64,000 nucleotides of DNA from Octopus vulgaris (lineage: Eukaryota). Where the stretch lies: positions 113,832,001 to 113,896,000 of the forward strand of contig OX597816.1 of the NCBI GenBank assembly GCA_951406725.2, given 5' to 3'. This document shows positions 23,628 to 35,850 of this stretch, piece by piece; the first letter of the stretch is position 1; each line of letters starts with the position of its first letter. A model generated the notes under the pieces. The model saw only the letters and a list, made by a program, of their open reading frames with translations, made no database searches and was not told the DNA's origin. The translations under genes were made by a program, and so were the position numbers.

Positions 23628-24285
23628 ATGAAGCTTGCATTTTCTGTTTGTCTGTTTGTGATTCTGCTATACCTCTTGTGTATCCATAGCTTACATTGAA
23701 TACAGCATCTGGAGTTTATACCTACTCCTTTCCTGCATATAGAGCAAGGCCATCGCCTTGACAATACCAGGTTCCTGTCTTCTCTCCTACTTACTAATTT
23801 AACCTCAAGACTCTAGGATTAACTTTCAAGCTTAGAATTTTCTCTCTAATTCCCCTATAGAATCAGCTATAGAAACTAGATTATCAGCATTAAGGAAATC
23901 CTATAGACAGCCAGTCTTAAACTCCTCTGTAATGGCCTGGAGGATTATGATGAATAGGAGAGGAGTAGAGACTGGGCTTTGATGAACTCTACTCTCATGC
24001 TAAATTCTCTACTGAAATTTTTAACACTAACTTTACTCACTACATCTTTCAACATAGATTGTACAGCCCCAACAAACCTTTCTTCTACATCTAGTTTCCT
24101 CAGGGACTATCAAATCACTGAACATGGTACCTAGTTAAATGCCTTCTCCAAGCCAGTGAACATCAGCAATAGTGGTTTACACTTAGCCAAGTATTTCTCC
24201 TGCACTTGCCACTCTAGAAATATTGTGAATTTCTTCCAGGCATCATGCCAAACTGCATTTCATCTAGTTCTAGATGCTCTAACAC
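23628..24285 (-). pseudogene. Old RTE-family relic including the PHD-like finger
   Basis: RWPCSICRKGVGINSRCCIQCKLWIHKR in ORF 23564-23764; RT motifs further right. Confidence 0.8.
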
Positions 24286-24374
24286 CCATGTACATGCATG
24301 ATATAATAATCCTCATCCAAATTTGCATTGTGTTTAACATTCATTTATTTAAGTTGGCTGATTCATTACATTAA

Positions 24375-24585
24375 TCCTTTCGATACCAACCTGGCTGAAA
24401 CTGCCTCTGGCTCTGTAGTACATATGCCTTGTTTCCATAAGTTCTGAATTAAAATCTTTCACCAAACCTTAGTCACAGTTTATGTTCTTAATGATAACTA
24501 AGTTATTTTACTAACTTCTTTATTATATTTAAAATTAATTGAAAGAAACATAGAGCATCTCAAAATAAATATGGTAATGAAAGGG
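24375..24585 (-). mobile_element. piggyBac-like MITE, copy 2
   Basis: TTAA at 24371-24374 and 24586-24589; reverse complement of the 27793 copy. Confidence 0.8.
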
Positions 24586-25967
24586 TTAAGATGAAACTTA
24601 ATGAGACAGTTTTGCTATGCACTTCCTGTCACCTACCTTCACCTGTTTTTCAAGTAAGGTATATCTTTTCTACTTGCCATTACATGGCAAAAACTGATGG
24701 GAATTTTGCTTACAGAAAAAAATAATAAACATTATCAAAAAAAATCACCATTTTTACTCAAACAATATTAATGAAGACACATGAAATCATGATTCACAGA
24801 TGCATGCACATACACTCACACATAATGCACATATACACACATGCATGCATGCGCACACACATATCATATGTGCACACACTCACACACACACATACACGCT
24901 CACATGTTGATTATATCAAAAGTTAATACTTTGCTCTGAGTTTTATCATAGGGAGTTTATGACTGAAATGTATTATAAAATTTTCACAACTCATAACCTT
25001 TCTAATTATGTGTGTATGTGTGTGTGTGTGCATGAGCACACACACACACACACACACACACAATGGTGGTGATGACTGCAAAGAAAGATTACTCCATACC
25101 TGAAGTGTTATTAGCTTGGTCAGAGTCATACACTATGTGTGGTACACACCACAAAATTTATCTCAGTCATTCAGCTTGCAATCTTTGAGATGGAAGTACT
25201 CTGAATTGGCTGTTTTCAAATGATGTACCATGGATTTAAAAGGCATATAACATATATATATATAGGTCCCAGAGTTTATTGTGGCATGTGTAAATGGGTC
25301 TGTGTGTTTTATATTTGGTATCTACCAATCAAAAACGGCCCACACACACAAACATATGTATATACACACACACACATAGAGATGTGCACAGAGACACACA
25401 CACTCACACCATTCTGACCTCTGAGACCAGTCCCCAAAACCACTGAACCGTGACAGACTAACCCAGAAACCAAAAAATCCTTTTAATTCCATATTGCTCT
25501 TCCTTCCCCCACCCCAACCAACCTTCCACACTGTCCCTTAAAATAGCAAACAATCCTTAGCTACACACACGACAAAAAATGCCAGAAGATAGGTTGGTTC
25601 CTCTCGAATTCTTTGTAAACTCTTAAATGTATCTCCTTCTGTGTATATATATACTACCAAACAAACAGGATTTTTATTGAACTCCTAATACTTTTTGTTG
25701 AATATTTTCTTAAATACTTTCTTGTAAACTGTTTTTAACATTTTCTTATTATTATCAAAGAATGTATATCAGTATTTTGATACTTTTGTGACAACCAGTA
25801 CTTAACACAACAAAGCTTTACATTTTACTTCTGACAATCTTTTTCTAAAAAAGTGAAACCGGTCAAGTGAATACACATCTCTAAAATTGCATTTTCAAAC
25901 CTTCTTTCATATATATTTCCACTTGTGCAGTACCTTACAAGTTCACTTTGATATATATATATATATA

Positions 25968-26010
<43 letters not shown>

Positions 26011-26320
26011 ATATGTAGCAGCACATGCAGATGAAAATGAATTCAAAATATCATGTAGAGCGTAAACACTATTTTCCTCTAATGGAAAATTACATAAGAG
26101 ACTAAAGAATTAAATGTATGTCATGAAATTCTAAGCCTTAGGGTCACAATAAATCCATCCATCCATCCATCCAGCTAGCCAGCTACCCACCTACCTACCC
26201 ACCCACCTACCAACCTTTCTACCTATCTATTATCTATCTATCTAGCTGTTTGTCTGTCTGTGTATCTATCTACCTATACATATATATATATATATACACT
26301 ATGTATATATATATATATAC

Positions 26321-26612
26321 TTGGTGACCCTGCCAGTGCTGGTGCCACGTAAAAAGCATTCAGTCAACACTACAAAGTGGTTGGCATTTGGAAGGGCATC
26401 CAGCTGTAAAAATCATGTCAAAACTGACCTTGTTTGTGCACTAACTCCACTCTGTAGGGTGGTCGGTGTTAAGAAGAGCATTCAGCTGGGAAAACCATGC
26501 CAAACCAAGCCCAGAAATTTGTTCCAGTCTTCTGCCTGGTCAGCTTCTTTCAAACCATCTAACCCATGCCAGCATGGAAGGCAGATATTAAACAATAATG
26601 ATGGGTGATGAC
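26321..26612 (+). mobile_element. RTE 3'-tail fragment with internal duplication, next to (TA)n
   Basis: GTGCTGGTGCCACGTAAAAAGCA core, GGAAGGGCATCCAGCTG, AACCCATGCCAGCATGG, GAT-like tail. Confidence 0.7.
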
Positions 26613-26671
26613 GTAGGTTTATGTATTTGTTCTGTAAGATTTCTGGTGTGAAATTGTTTGTTGAAACAGGT

Positions 26672-27003
26672 ATTGTTATATTTTGGGATGGTCATTTGTA
26701 TTTTGTTATTTTTGCCAAATAAATGTACTATATATTTGTTCTTCACTTCAGATTTACTCTATTATTGTTCATATCCTATGTCCTTGGGAATACTTTCATC
26801 ATACATCTTGTGACCTCCTGTTCTGTTTAGTCAATTCTCTATAAAGCGGGATGGAAAGTCTCTGAAGAGGTCACAGGATGTGTGCTGAAAGATTTCCAAA
26901 GGGCATAAAATATGAACAATAATAAAATAAATCTGATGCGAAGAACAAATATATAGTAGATTTATTTAGCAAAAAAAAAATGATTATCCCAAAATATAAC
27001 AAC
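26672..27003. repeat. ~330-bp foldback element with a hammerhead-like core
   Basis: TTGTTATATTTTGGGATGGTCATT / AATGATTATCCCAAAATATAACAA ends; TACTATATATTTGTTCTTC / GAAGAACAAATATATAGTA; partial second copy at ~28217. Confidence 0.75.
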
Positions 27004-27194
27004 ACACATACACACACACACACACACACATACATACATACATAGATATAGATATATATACATATATATAATTATCAAAGTTGGGAGATAAGTCCAGGTA
27101 GATATAAAGTACATCTCAGAAGAGTACTGAAGAACATCTAGTATTTCCAACAGTTACTTTTGTCTTAATATATGATGTACATAGGTCCAGAGAA

Positions 27195-27368
27195 TATAAA
27201 ACAAAGTTAACAATGGAAAATTAGCATATTAATTAATTATTTATTTATTCTTATATCTATAAAATCCATAAAATATAGACATTAATAAATAAATAAAATA
27301 TCTGATACATGTACCAGCTGATATAATTAATATACCAATTTTCCATTGTTAACTTTGGTTATTTATAT
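27195..27368. repeat. Small inverted-repeat (MITE-like) element
   Basis: CAAAGTTAACAATGGAAAATT / AATTTTCCATTGTTAACTTTG. Confidence 0.65.
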
Positions 27369-27585
27369 ATATATATAAATGTAAGATCCAGGGGTGTAGG
27401 AAGAAAGTTAGCTTGAAGTTATTCATAGTAAATATAAAAAAACAACTTGCAGGGTCAATAGTGGTTTATTTAGATATAAGGATGTGGTTTATTTTCATAT
27501 CATCATATCAAAGAACAGTAAGCTGAAAAAAGTTCTTTTATATTCCACAGTAGGTGACCAGGGTTACCCGGTGTGTAAATAAGAA

Positions 27586-28155
27586 TACAAGAGTTACAGA
27601 ATGGAGTAGGAAAGATCCAAGCTACATATATTTCATAGTGAACAGAATCTCAGAAGTGGTAAAATCCAAGTGAGGTATATACTGCCAGCTACACTGCAGG
27701 CTAAGGATATTTTGATTAGATTAAAGGTTACATTGTCATAAGGAGGTACATGCTGATGCAAGGAAGATTCAGTCAGAATATGTAACCTTTAACCCTTTCG
27801 TTACTGAATTTATTTTGAGATGCTCTGTGTTTCTTTCAATTAATTTGAAATATAACAAAGAATTTAGTAAAATAACTTGGTTATCATTAAGCTAGTGTTA
27901 GGAACATAAATTATGACTAAGGTTTGGTGGAAGATTTTAATTCAAAACTTATGGAAACAAGACATTTGTACTCAGTACCAGAGCTGGTTTCAGCCGGGTT
28001 GGTAACGAAAGGGTTAATTCAGTTAAGATATCCTTGGCTTGAAGAGTAGCCGGCAATATACAATCACTTAGATTTTATCACTTTTGAGGTTACACTCACT
28101 ATGAAACATATGTAACCTGGATGGATCTTTCCTATTCCATTCCATAACTCTTGAA
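27586..28155. repeat. Foldback element with a nested piggyBac-like MITE
   Basis: CAAGAGTTA...AGTAGGAAAGATCCA / TGGATCTTTCCTATT...TAACTCTTG arms; AAAGGTTACAT / ATGTAACCTTT inner arms. Confidence 0.75.
27793..28013 (+). mobile_element. piggyBac-like MITE, copy 3 (best preserved)
   Basis: TTAA-CCCTTTCGTTAC...GTAACGAAAGGG-TTAA; perfect 12-bp TIRs. Confidence 0.88.
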
Positions 28156-28171
28156 TATATATGCATATGTA

Positions 28172-28215
<44 letters not shown>

Positions 28216-28775
28216 TATTGTTATATTTGGGGATGGTCATCTATTGTCAATTAAACACATGTGCTATTTATCTTCATTTTAGCTTTATTATTATTATTAT
28301 TATTATTAGTAGTAGTTATTTGTCAGACTTCCTTCATCATTCTTTCTCTCCCTTGTGTCTCCTCTTGTCCTCTCTATTCTATTTTGACTTTCTGCAGTAT
28401 GTATCCCTGTCTGCACATGTGTTTAAGTCTGTGTCTGTGTGTCTACATGATGTTTATAGATTTACGTGCATGTATGCATGTGAATGTGTGTATGTGTGTG
28501 TGTCTATGTGTCTCAGTGTTTAGTATGAGTATGTGTGTCTTTTGTACATATTTAATGGCTTGTATATTACACTGTTTGAATCTGTGTGTCTCTTATTTAT
28601 TTGTTTATTTATTTATTTATCCCCGCCCCCCGCATTCGGTCTTTAGCTGTCAGGTTGCACTGTGTGGTGGAGTGGAAGGGGTTATTACTCCATTCACATT
28701 TTCTGTTGAGGCTGTCAAAAACCTTACAAACAAACATATATATGTGTGTGTGTGTGCATTTATATAAATAATATA

Positions 28776-29200
28776 GGTGCAGAAGTGGCTATGTGGTAAG
28801 GAGCTTGCTTCCCAACCACGTAGTTCCAGGTTCAGTCACACAGCATGGCAGCTTGGGCAAGTGTCTTCTACTATAGCTTAAGGCCGACCAAAGCCTTGTG
28901 AATGGATTTGGTAGACTGAAACTGAAACAAGCCCATCGTGTGTATATATATATATATATATATATGTATATGTATATATATATATCTATGCATGTGTGTC
29001 TGTATTTGTCCTTCTACATCACTACTTGACAACTGGTGTTGGTGTGTTTATGTCCCTGTAACTTAGTTGTTCAGCAAAAGAAACCAATAGAAAAGAAACC
29101 AGGCTTAACATATAAGTACTGAGTTGATTCATTTGACTACAAATTCGAGGCAGTGCCCCACCTTGGCCACAGCCTAATGAATGAAACAGGTAAGAGATAA
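28776..29200 (+). mobile_element. Full-length SINE family A
   Basis: Head, (TA)n middle and tail as at 7261. Confidence 0.8.
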
Positions 29201-29201
29201 A

Positions 29202-29233
<32 letters not shown>

Positions 29234-29839
29234 TTATTATAACTGAAAGGCTCTGATTTTCAGTTCTCAGAGTTGCGCATTTCCAATCATCAGCTGGTGA
29301 GCTGAGCCTGTTTTTTTTCCTGAATATCCATTGTCTGAATATTTTTTGAAATATGAAATGAAAGTTTGAAGGAAACACTTATCTTTATGTTCTTTCATTT
29401 AAAAATCATTTGTGAATGACACATGTGAAAATGACGGCATCAGGCTCACATGTTTGATTTCATTTCTGGTTTTTCTGCTAATATTGTTATAGATGTCAAA
29501 AACTCCATACAATCGTAGTCATGAAATTGTGTTCTTGCTTAAGCAGTGATCTAAAATAATACTTCTAGGTAATATTTTTAATTAATACTTTTGAAGGATG
29601 TTTTTAAAGACAATGAGTGTGTACACTGGTGTTCATTTTGTATACCCCTGTGCAGTAGTAGTTCTGCTTAGAAACAGAGCCTGGTTTTCTTTTCTACTGG
29701 TATTAAGTCCGGTAATTCATCACTTTAGGTGAATCAACAGATACACACATGTACATACATGCATGCACACACACATGTATACACACGCCCACTGTTTAAT
29801 GACTGAAACCAATAAAAGAGTAAAAAGAGTATATATATA

Positions 29840-30007
29840 TATTTTTTTCTCTCTTTATTTTCTCTCCTTGTTTCTTTCTGTGTTCCTTTCTGTGGAAGAG
29901 CATAGGCTTGAAACGTTAAAGACTTTTTCACTTCCTGAGTGTTAAACTAATACATCTGTTTGTTGTTTACACCACCTGTCTTTTTGTTTTGTCTTTTTGT
30001 AAATTCT

Positions 30008-30012
<5 letters not shown>
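29840..30012 (+). mobile_element. Penelope-like terminal fragment with a decayed minimal-hammerhead motif
   Basis: CTGTGGAAGAGCATAGGCTTGAAACGTTA; flanked by (TA)n; related piece on - at 60830-61020. Confidence 0.45.
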
Positions 30013-30050
<38 letters not shown>

Positions 30051-30053
<3 letters not shown>

Positions 30054-30362
30054 TGATGGTAGCATGCAAAGACACCCATTACACTCTCAGTGTGGTTGGC
30101 ATCAGGAAGGGCATCCAGCTATAGAAACTATGCCAAATCAGACTGGAGTCTCGCACATCCCCTTACCTTGCTAACCCTGGTGAAACTGTGCAACCCATGC
30201 CAGCATGGGCATTAAATGAGGATGATGATGATGATGAGGTCATTGCGAGTACCACCTGACTGGCCCCTGTGCCGGTGGCACATAAAAAGCACCCACTACA
30301 CTCTCGGAGTGGTTGGCGTTAGGAAGGGCATCCAGCTGTAGAAACTCTGCCAGATCAAGATT
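30051..30362 (+). mobile_element. Two tandem RTE 3'-tail fragments after (TA)n
   Basis: CACCCATTACACTC...GGAAGGGCATCCAGCT twice; second has GTGCCGGTGGCACATAAAAAGCACC. Confidence 0.75.
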
Positions 30363-30649
30363 GCACCCCAATCATGTAGTTTCAGGTTCAGTCCCACTGC
30401 AAGGTCTCCTGGGCAAGTGTCTTTATCTATAGCCCTGGACTAACCAAAGCCTTGTGAGTGGAAATGGCAGCCAGAAACTGAAAGAAGCACATCGTATACA
30501 CACACAGACACACACGTATGTATTTTTTTTTTTTTTTGCTTGTTTCAGCTCAGAGCTGTGGCCATGCTGATGCACCATCGTTTGTATACATACTTATGTG
30601 TGTGTGTGTATGTATACGATAGGCTTCTTTCAGTTTCTGTCTACCATTT

Positions 30650-31199
30650 ATATATATAATATAAAATCCGTTCTGTCTGTCTGTGTGTGTGTCTTCTAGG
30701 ATCTTAGACATCCTCCATCCGATTGTGCTCAAATTTGATGTGTAGATACTGACAGTATCAGGGTGTGTATAAGTCTTGAAAAAATTACAAAAATCGATTC
30801 CAGGTGAGAATGCGATCGATAAAGCTGTTTTTGTCCTGCTTTTCTTCCATCAACCTGTACATAACTGCACCTTCCATTTTTTGTGTTTTTATACTGCTTA
30901 AAGGCACGTTTCTCTCCTGCCAAGCTTACTGTTTAAACCATGTTTGTGTTCTCCTAGTCAACAGCTGGTACTTTAAACTCTTCGGTTGCATATTTGTATG
31001 AATAAAATCGTTTTTCTTTGGAATAGAAAAAAAGTATCTTTATTTCTTCTTTTGCTGGTGTCTCAAATTTAGGTTAAATCAGTGTTTCTCAAAGGGGAGG
31101 CTTATGGGACGGTCGGACAACTTGTTTTGAGAAAATTTTGTTTTAATAGTTAACAACTCAGCACTGTCCATTGGACGGGGGAGGGGGCATTTTGCTCGT
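30650..31199 (+). mobile_element. Non-autonomous Helitron-like element
   Basis: TATATATAATATAAAA...(GTCT)n start with CATCCGATTGTGCTCAAATTTG; ends GGGCATTTTGCTCGT, resembling a decayed CTAG terminus. Confidence 0.5.
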
Positions 31200-31210
31200 A
31201 TATATATATA

Positions 31211-31588
31211 TCGAAAATCGAAATCGAATCGAAATCGAATTGAACCAGCCAGGACCCCTGGTCTGGTGGTACGTAAAAAGCACCATCCGACTCGTGGCCG
31301 ATGCCAGCACCGCCTCGTCTGGCTTCCGTGCCGGTGGCACATAAAATACACCAATCCGACCGTGGCCGTTGCCAGCCTCGCCTGGCACCTGTGCAGGTGG
31401 CACGTAAAAAGCACCCACTACACTCACGGAGTGGTTGGCGTTAGGAAGGGCATCCAGCTGTAGAAACACTGCCAGATAAGACTGGAGCCTGGCGCAGCCT
31501 TCTGGCTTCCCAGATCCCCGGTCGAACCGTCCAACCCACGCTAGCATGGAGAACGGACGTTAAACGATGATGATGATGATGATGATGA
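31211..31588 (+). mobile_element. Young 5'-truncated RTE 3' UTR copy with a three-core array, inserted in (TA)n
   Basis: Same core units and tail as 21975-22850; CpG-rich; TATATATATA on both flanks. Confidence 0.88.
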
Positions 31589-31939
31589 TATATATATATA
31601 TCTGTGTATGTGTCTTTGCATTTGTGTTTGTCCCCTTGACAACTGATTTGTTTATGTCCCTGTAACATTAGCAGTTTGACAAAAGAGACTGATAGAATAA
31701 GTCTCAGATTTTAAATTATACTAAGTATTAGCATTGATTCATTTGATTAAAACTTTTCAACATGGTGACCCAGCATGACTGCAGTCCAATGAGTGAAACA
31801 AATAAAACATAAAATATCAATCTATCTGTCTGTCTATCTCTACATATACATATACACTCATATATTATTGTTTTTATATTACATTATACATGTGTGAGTC
31901 TGCTTATGTAATTTGGTATATATGTATATATTATTGTGT

Positions 31940-32330
31940 CTTTTATTCTTTCATTCTTTTGAGCCATTTGACTGTGGCCATGCTGGAGCACCACCTTTAG
32001 TTGGACAAATCGACCCCAGGGCTAATTCTTTGTAAGCCTAGTACTTATTCTATTGGTCTCTTTTGCTGAACCACTACGTTACAGGGACATAAACATACCA
32101 ACACTGGTTGTCAAGCAATGGTGGAGGACCAAACACAGACACACAAATACATATATATATATATATATACGTCAGGCTTCTTTCAGCTTCTATCTACCAA
32201 ATCTACTCTCAAGGCTTTGGTTGGCCCGAGGCTATAGTAGGAGACACTTACCCAAGGTGCCATACAGTGGGACTGAACCCAGAACCATGTGGTTGGTAAG
32301 CAAGCTACTTACCACCCAGCCACTCCTGTG

Positions 32331-32332
<2 letters not shown>
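31940..32332 (-). mobile_element. Full-length SINE family A
   Basis: Reverse complement of the head-(TA)n-tail layout. Confidence 0.8.
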
Positions 32333-32402
<70 letters not shown>

Positions 32403-33352
32403 TAAATCTATATCAAATTCTATAAATTAGATAATATATACAAACTTAATGTAAAAGTTTGCAAAAGAATTACAAGTAATTGGACTTATTCTAGTTTCAA
32501 AATGGACATTACTATTATCTTACAACTTATAACTCTGCTGACCCAGTGCCTAGTCTAAACAACTTAGTAAACTGATGTGCATAGACTTAGGCATGTGTCT
32601 TGAATTCACAACAAAAAATCTGTAGCAGGCTTGAACTCTGAATGTATGAGTTAGTGGTTTAATACTTTTTCACTTGGCTATTTTGAGGTGTCAAACCTAT
32701 ATAAGACATAATATCCTATAAACTTTTCCATTCTTTTCATGAGTTATTCTGGCAAATATCTGATGCCAAACAAAACAGAATTGCCTTTTCCTCCTGAATA
32801 GTTCAATGACTTTGATTTTTCTTGACTAGCATGAGACCACTTTTTGCTTTGCTGCCAATTGAACGGGACAGGAAAATGTTGGTGTCTTTCTTTAAGATAC
32901 AATGTAGTCTGTTATTAAAAACTGACGACATGTATTATGTTACATAAAGGGTGTGATATTATTTTCTGAGTTTTGGTTCAAAAACAAGGATTACAAAATG
33001 AATATATATATGCATGCAAATAAATAAAAATAACTTCTGTAAAAACTTAACTATATAAAGAATCTAATGAAAAAAGGGCCCCATTCTGTAGAAAAAAATA
33101 ACGAATATCTTACTTTTATAAAATGTTACTTATAAAGGTAAATATGAAACCTGATATTTCTTTTTATACAAACAGGTTAGAAAAATGCACCACTTTTTAA
33201 AAAAAGGATTGACTTTTAGGATTAAATAAGTTTTTGTCATCAGTCTTGGATTAAATATAACAATTTTTTTTTGTTTAAGAATCTTTTGTATAGTCACAAA
33301 AAATTGAAATAGACAAACTTATACCAGATAATGCTTGTCTGTCTCTCTTTCT

Positions 33353-33410
<58 letters not shown>

Positions 33411-35459
33411 TAGATAAATATAGATATAAGTATATATGTGTGTATGTTGTGTATTCATGTATATATACATATACATAAATAAGTACATACATTCACACAC
33501 ACATCGATATATATATATACGAATATACATACATACACTCAATCATACACACATACATACACACACATACATGCACCCCCCTTCCAGTAACGATATATTC
33601 TATATCATTCATACACTCTCTCACACACACATGATAGAATAGAAATAAATTCACTTACAATCCTATTCTAGTCAAAAACACATCTACAAATATATAGATG
33701 AAAGAGTAAATGCATAATAAATGTATTCGTTTCCTCTCTTACAGATGAATGCATGAATCTCTCTCTCTCTCTTACTTTTCTTCCTTTCTACATACTTCTC
33801 AAACTAGAGCTCTCTTTTTTTTCCCACTTTGACTCTTTCACTCTCTCTATCTCTAACTCAGATATACACACACACACACGCAAATGCATGTGTACACAAA
33901 CACAGACACACACATATACACACACACATACACACACACACACATACATACAAATGCATGCACAGACATGCACACACATAAAAATTATAGTTGAAAAGCA
34001 AATATATATATATCTCTCTTTCTTTCTGTCTTTTTCAAATTCTACACATACACACACACACACAGACAAACACACACACGCACACATAACTGAGTGAGTG
34101 AATATGTTCTAACACACAATGTTTCTATTCCTCACTCATAACATGAGTGAGTAAATCTATGTATTCTTTCTCATATGAACAAAAACACATACATACAGAT
34201 GAATAACTGCATGGCTTTTCCTCTCTCTTTCTCTCTCTCTGTGTTTCTTCTCCTGTTCTCACATACACACACACAAATGCATATAAATATGCAAGTATGT
34301 ATTCATAAAAAATATATATATTCATCCCTACAACATAGAAATATCTTTGCTTTCTTTCCCAAGGGATACATTTCTAATAGTAGCCATCCTCTTCCCACCA
34401 GTCGTTCCCTTACATTTGTATAAGCACATTTGTTTACTGCATGCTCTATGTATCTAATTCATGAATGACTACTTTGAATTTCATTTCTCTGTTTGCAAGT
34501 AAAATTCATTGAATTTTTCTGTTTAATGAATAATCAATATTTATTTCTTTATGGAATTTTTAGTCTTCACTGAAGTGCTACAGCTCATTTCCCTTTTTCC
34601 TATCCCTCAGAAATGTATAGGATGTCAGAATTATTTATTGGAAAGCTATAACAGTGGTGAAACCTGGGTTAATGTATCAAATCAAAATTTCCTGATATGA
34701 GATAAATCAATTCAAAGATTTTCATATTCTACAAAACAAAGATAATAGCACCATTTCAAGAGAGAAAATGAAATATATTCAAACATCAGCCAGCTTCTTT
34801 CTATTCTAAGTTGCAAACCCTTTTGTTTATGTTAACATCTTTATAAAAATTGACTGAATTTCTCTGCATCTTTTGGAAATAAAAATAATTTTAGACTATT
34901 GGTTCTTCAGGAAAATATTTAATATTTTTGTTATACAAAGAAAATCCTACAGTGGCAAACCGCGGAGACTTCCAACAGAAAACAACTTCCTCCTATTTTA
35001 CAGGTAGATATTAATCAGCACAATTACATGAACCATAAATTTTCTTTTATAACTTAAATGTTCTACAAAAAAATAAATAAAATAATTCAATTGAAAATAT
35101 ATAAAATGTTTTACTTGGGCAAAAAGCCAATCTTTTGTCAAGGGAGTCAGTATTGATTGAGTAACCTACAGTATATCGGCTGTAATTTATTTTATTGATC
35201 TTAGCAGGATGAAGAGTAAAGCTTGAACTAAGAAAGCAGAGAGACAAAATTAAATACTGTAATACACTTAAGTCTTTTGAAAGTATATTCAATTAAACTG
35301 ACCCCAGTACTTGACTGGTACTTTATTTTATTGACCCCGGAAAAATGAAAATAAATTTGTTTGGTAAACAAAATTCTAATAAAGTAAATACATTTTATTT
35401 TCATTGTTTGACTTTTGAATTTTGTATGTAATTTTGATAGAGCTTTAGACAAAGTTTGC

Positions 35460-35850
35460 AGGCATGGCTATGTGGTAAAAAGCTTGCTTCCCAACCACAC
35501 AGTTCTGAGTTCAGTTCCACTGTGTGGGCAAGTGTCTTCAAATATAACTTAGGGCTAACCAAAGCCTTGTGAGTGGATTTAGTAGACAGAAACTGAAAGA
35601 AGCCGGTCATATATATATATATGTTTATATCTATGTGTGTGTATTTGTGTCTGTGTTTGTCCTCCTATCACTGCTTGTTGTGTTTACATCACTGTAACTT
35701 AGCAGTTTATCAAAAGAGACTGAAAGAATAAGTACTATGCTTTAAAAAACATAAGTCCTGCGGTCAATTTGTTCGACGAAAACCCTTCAAGGCAATGCTC
35801 CAGCATGACTACTGTCAAATGACTAAAACAAGTAAAAAGAATAAAAAAAG
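35460..35850 (+). mobile_element. Full-length SINE family A
   Basis: Head, TA/TG middle and tail. Confidence 0.8.
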
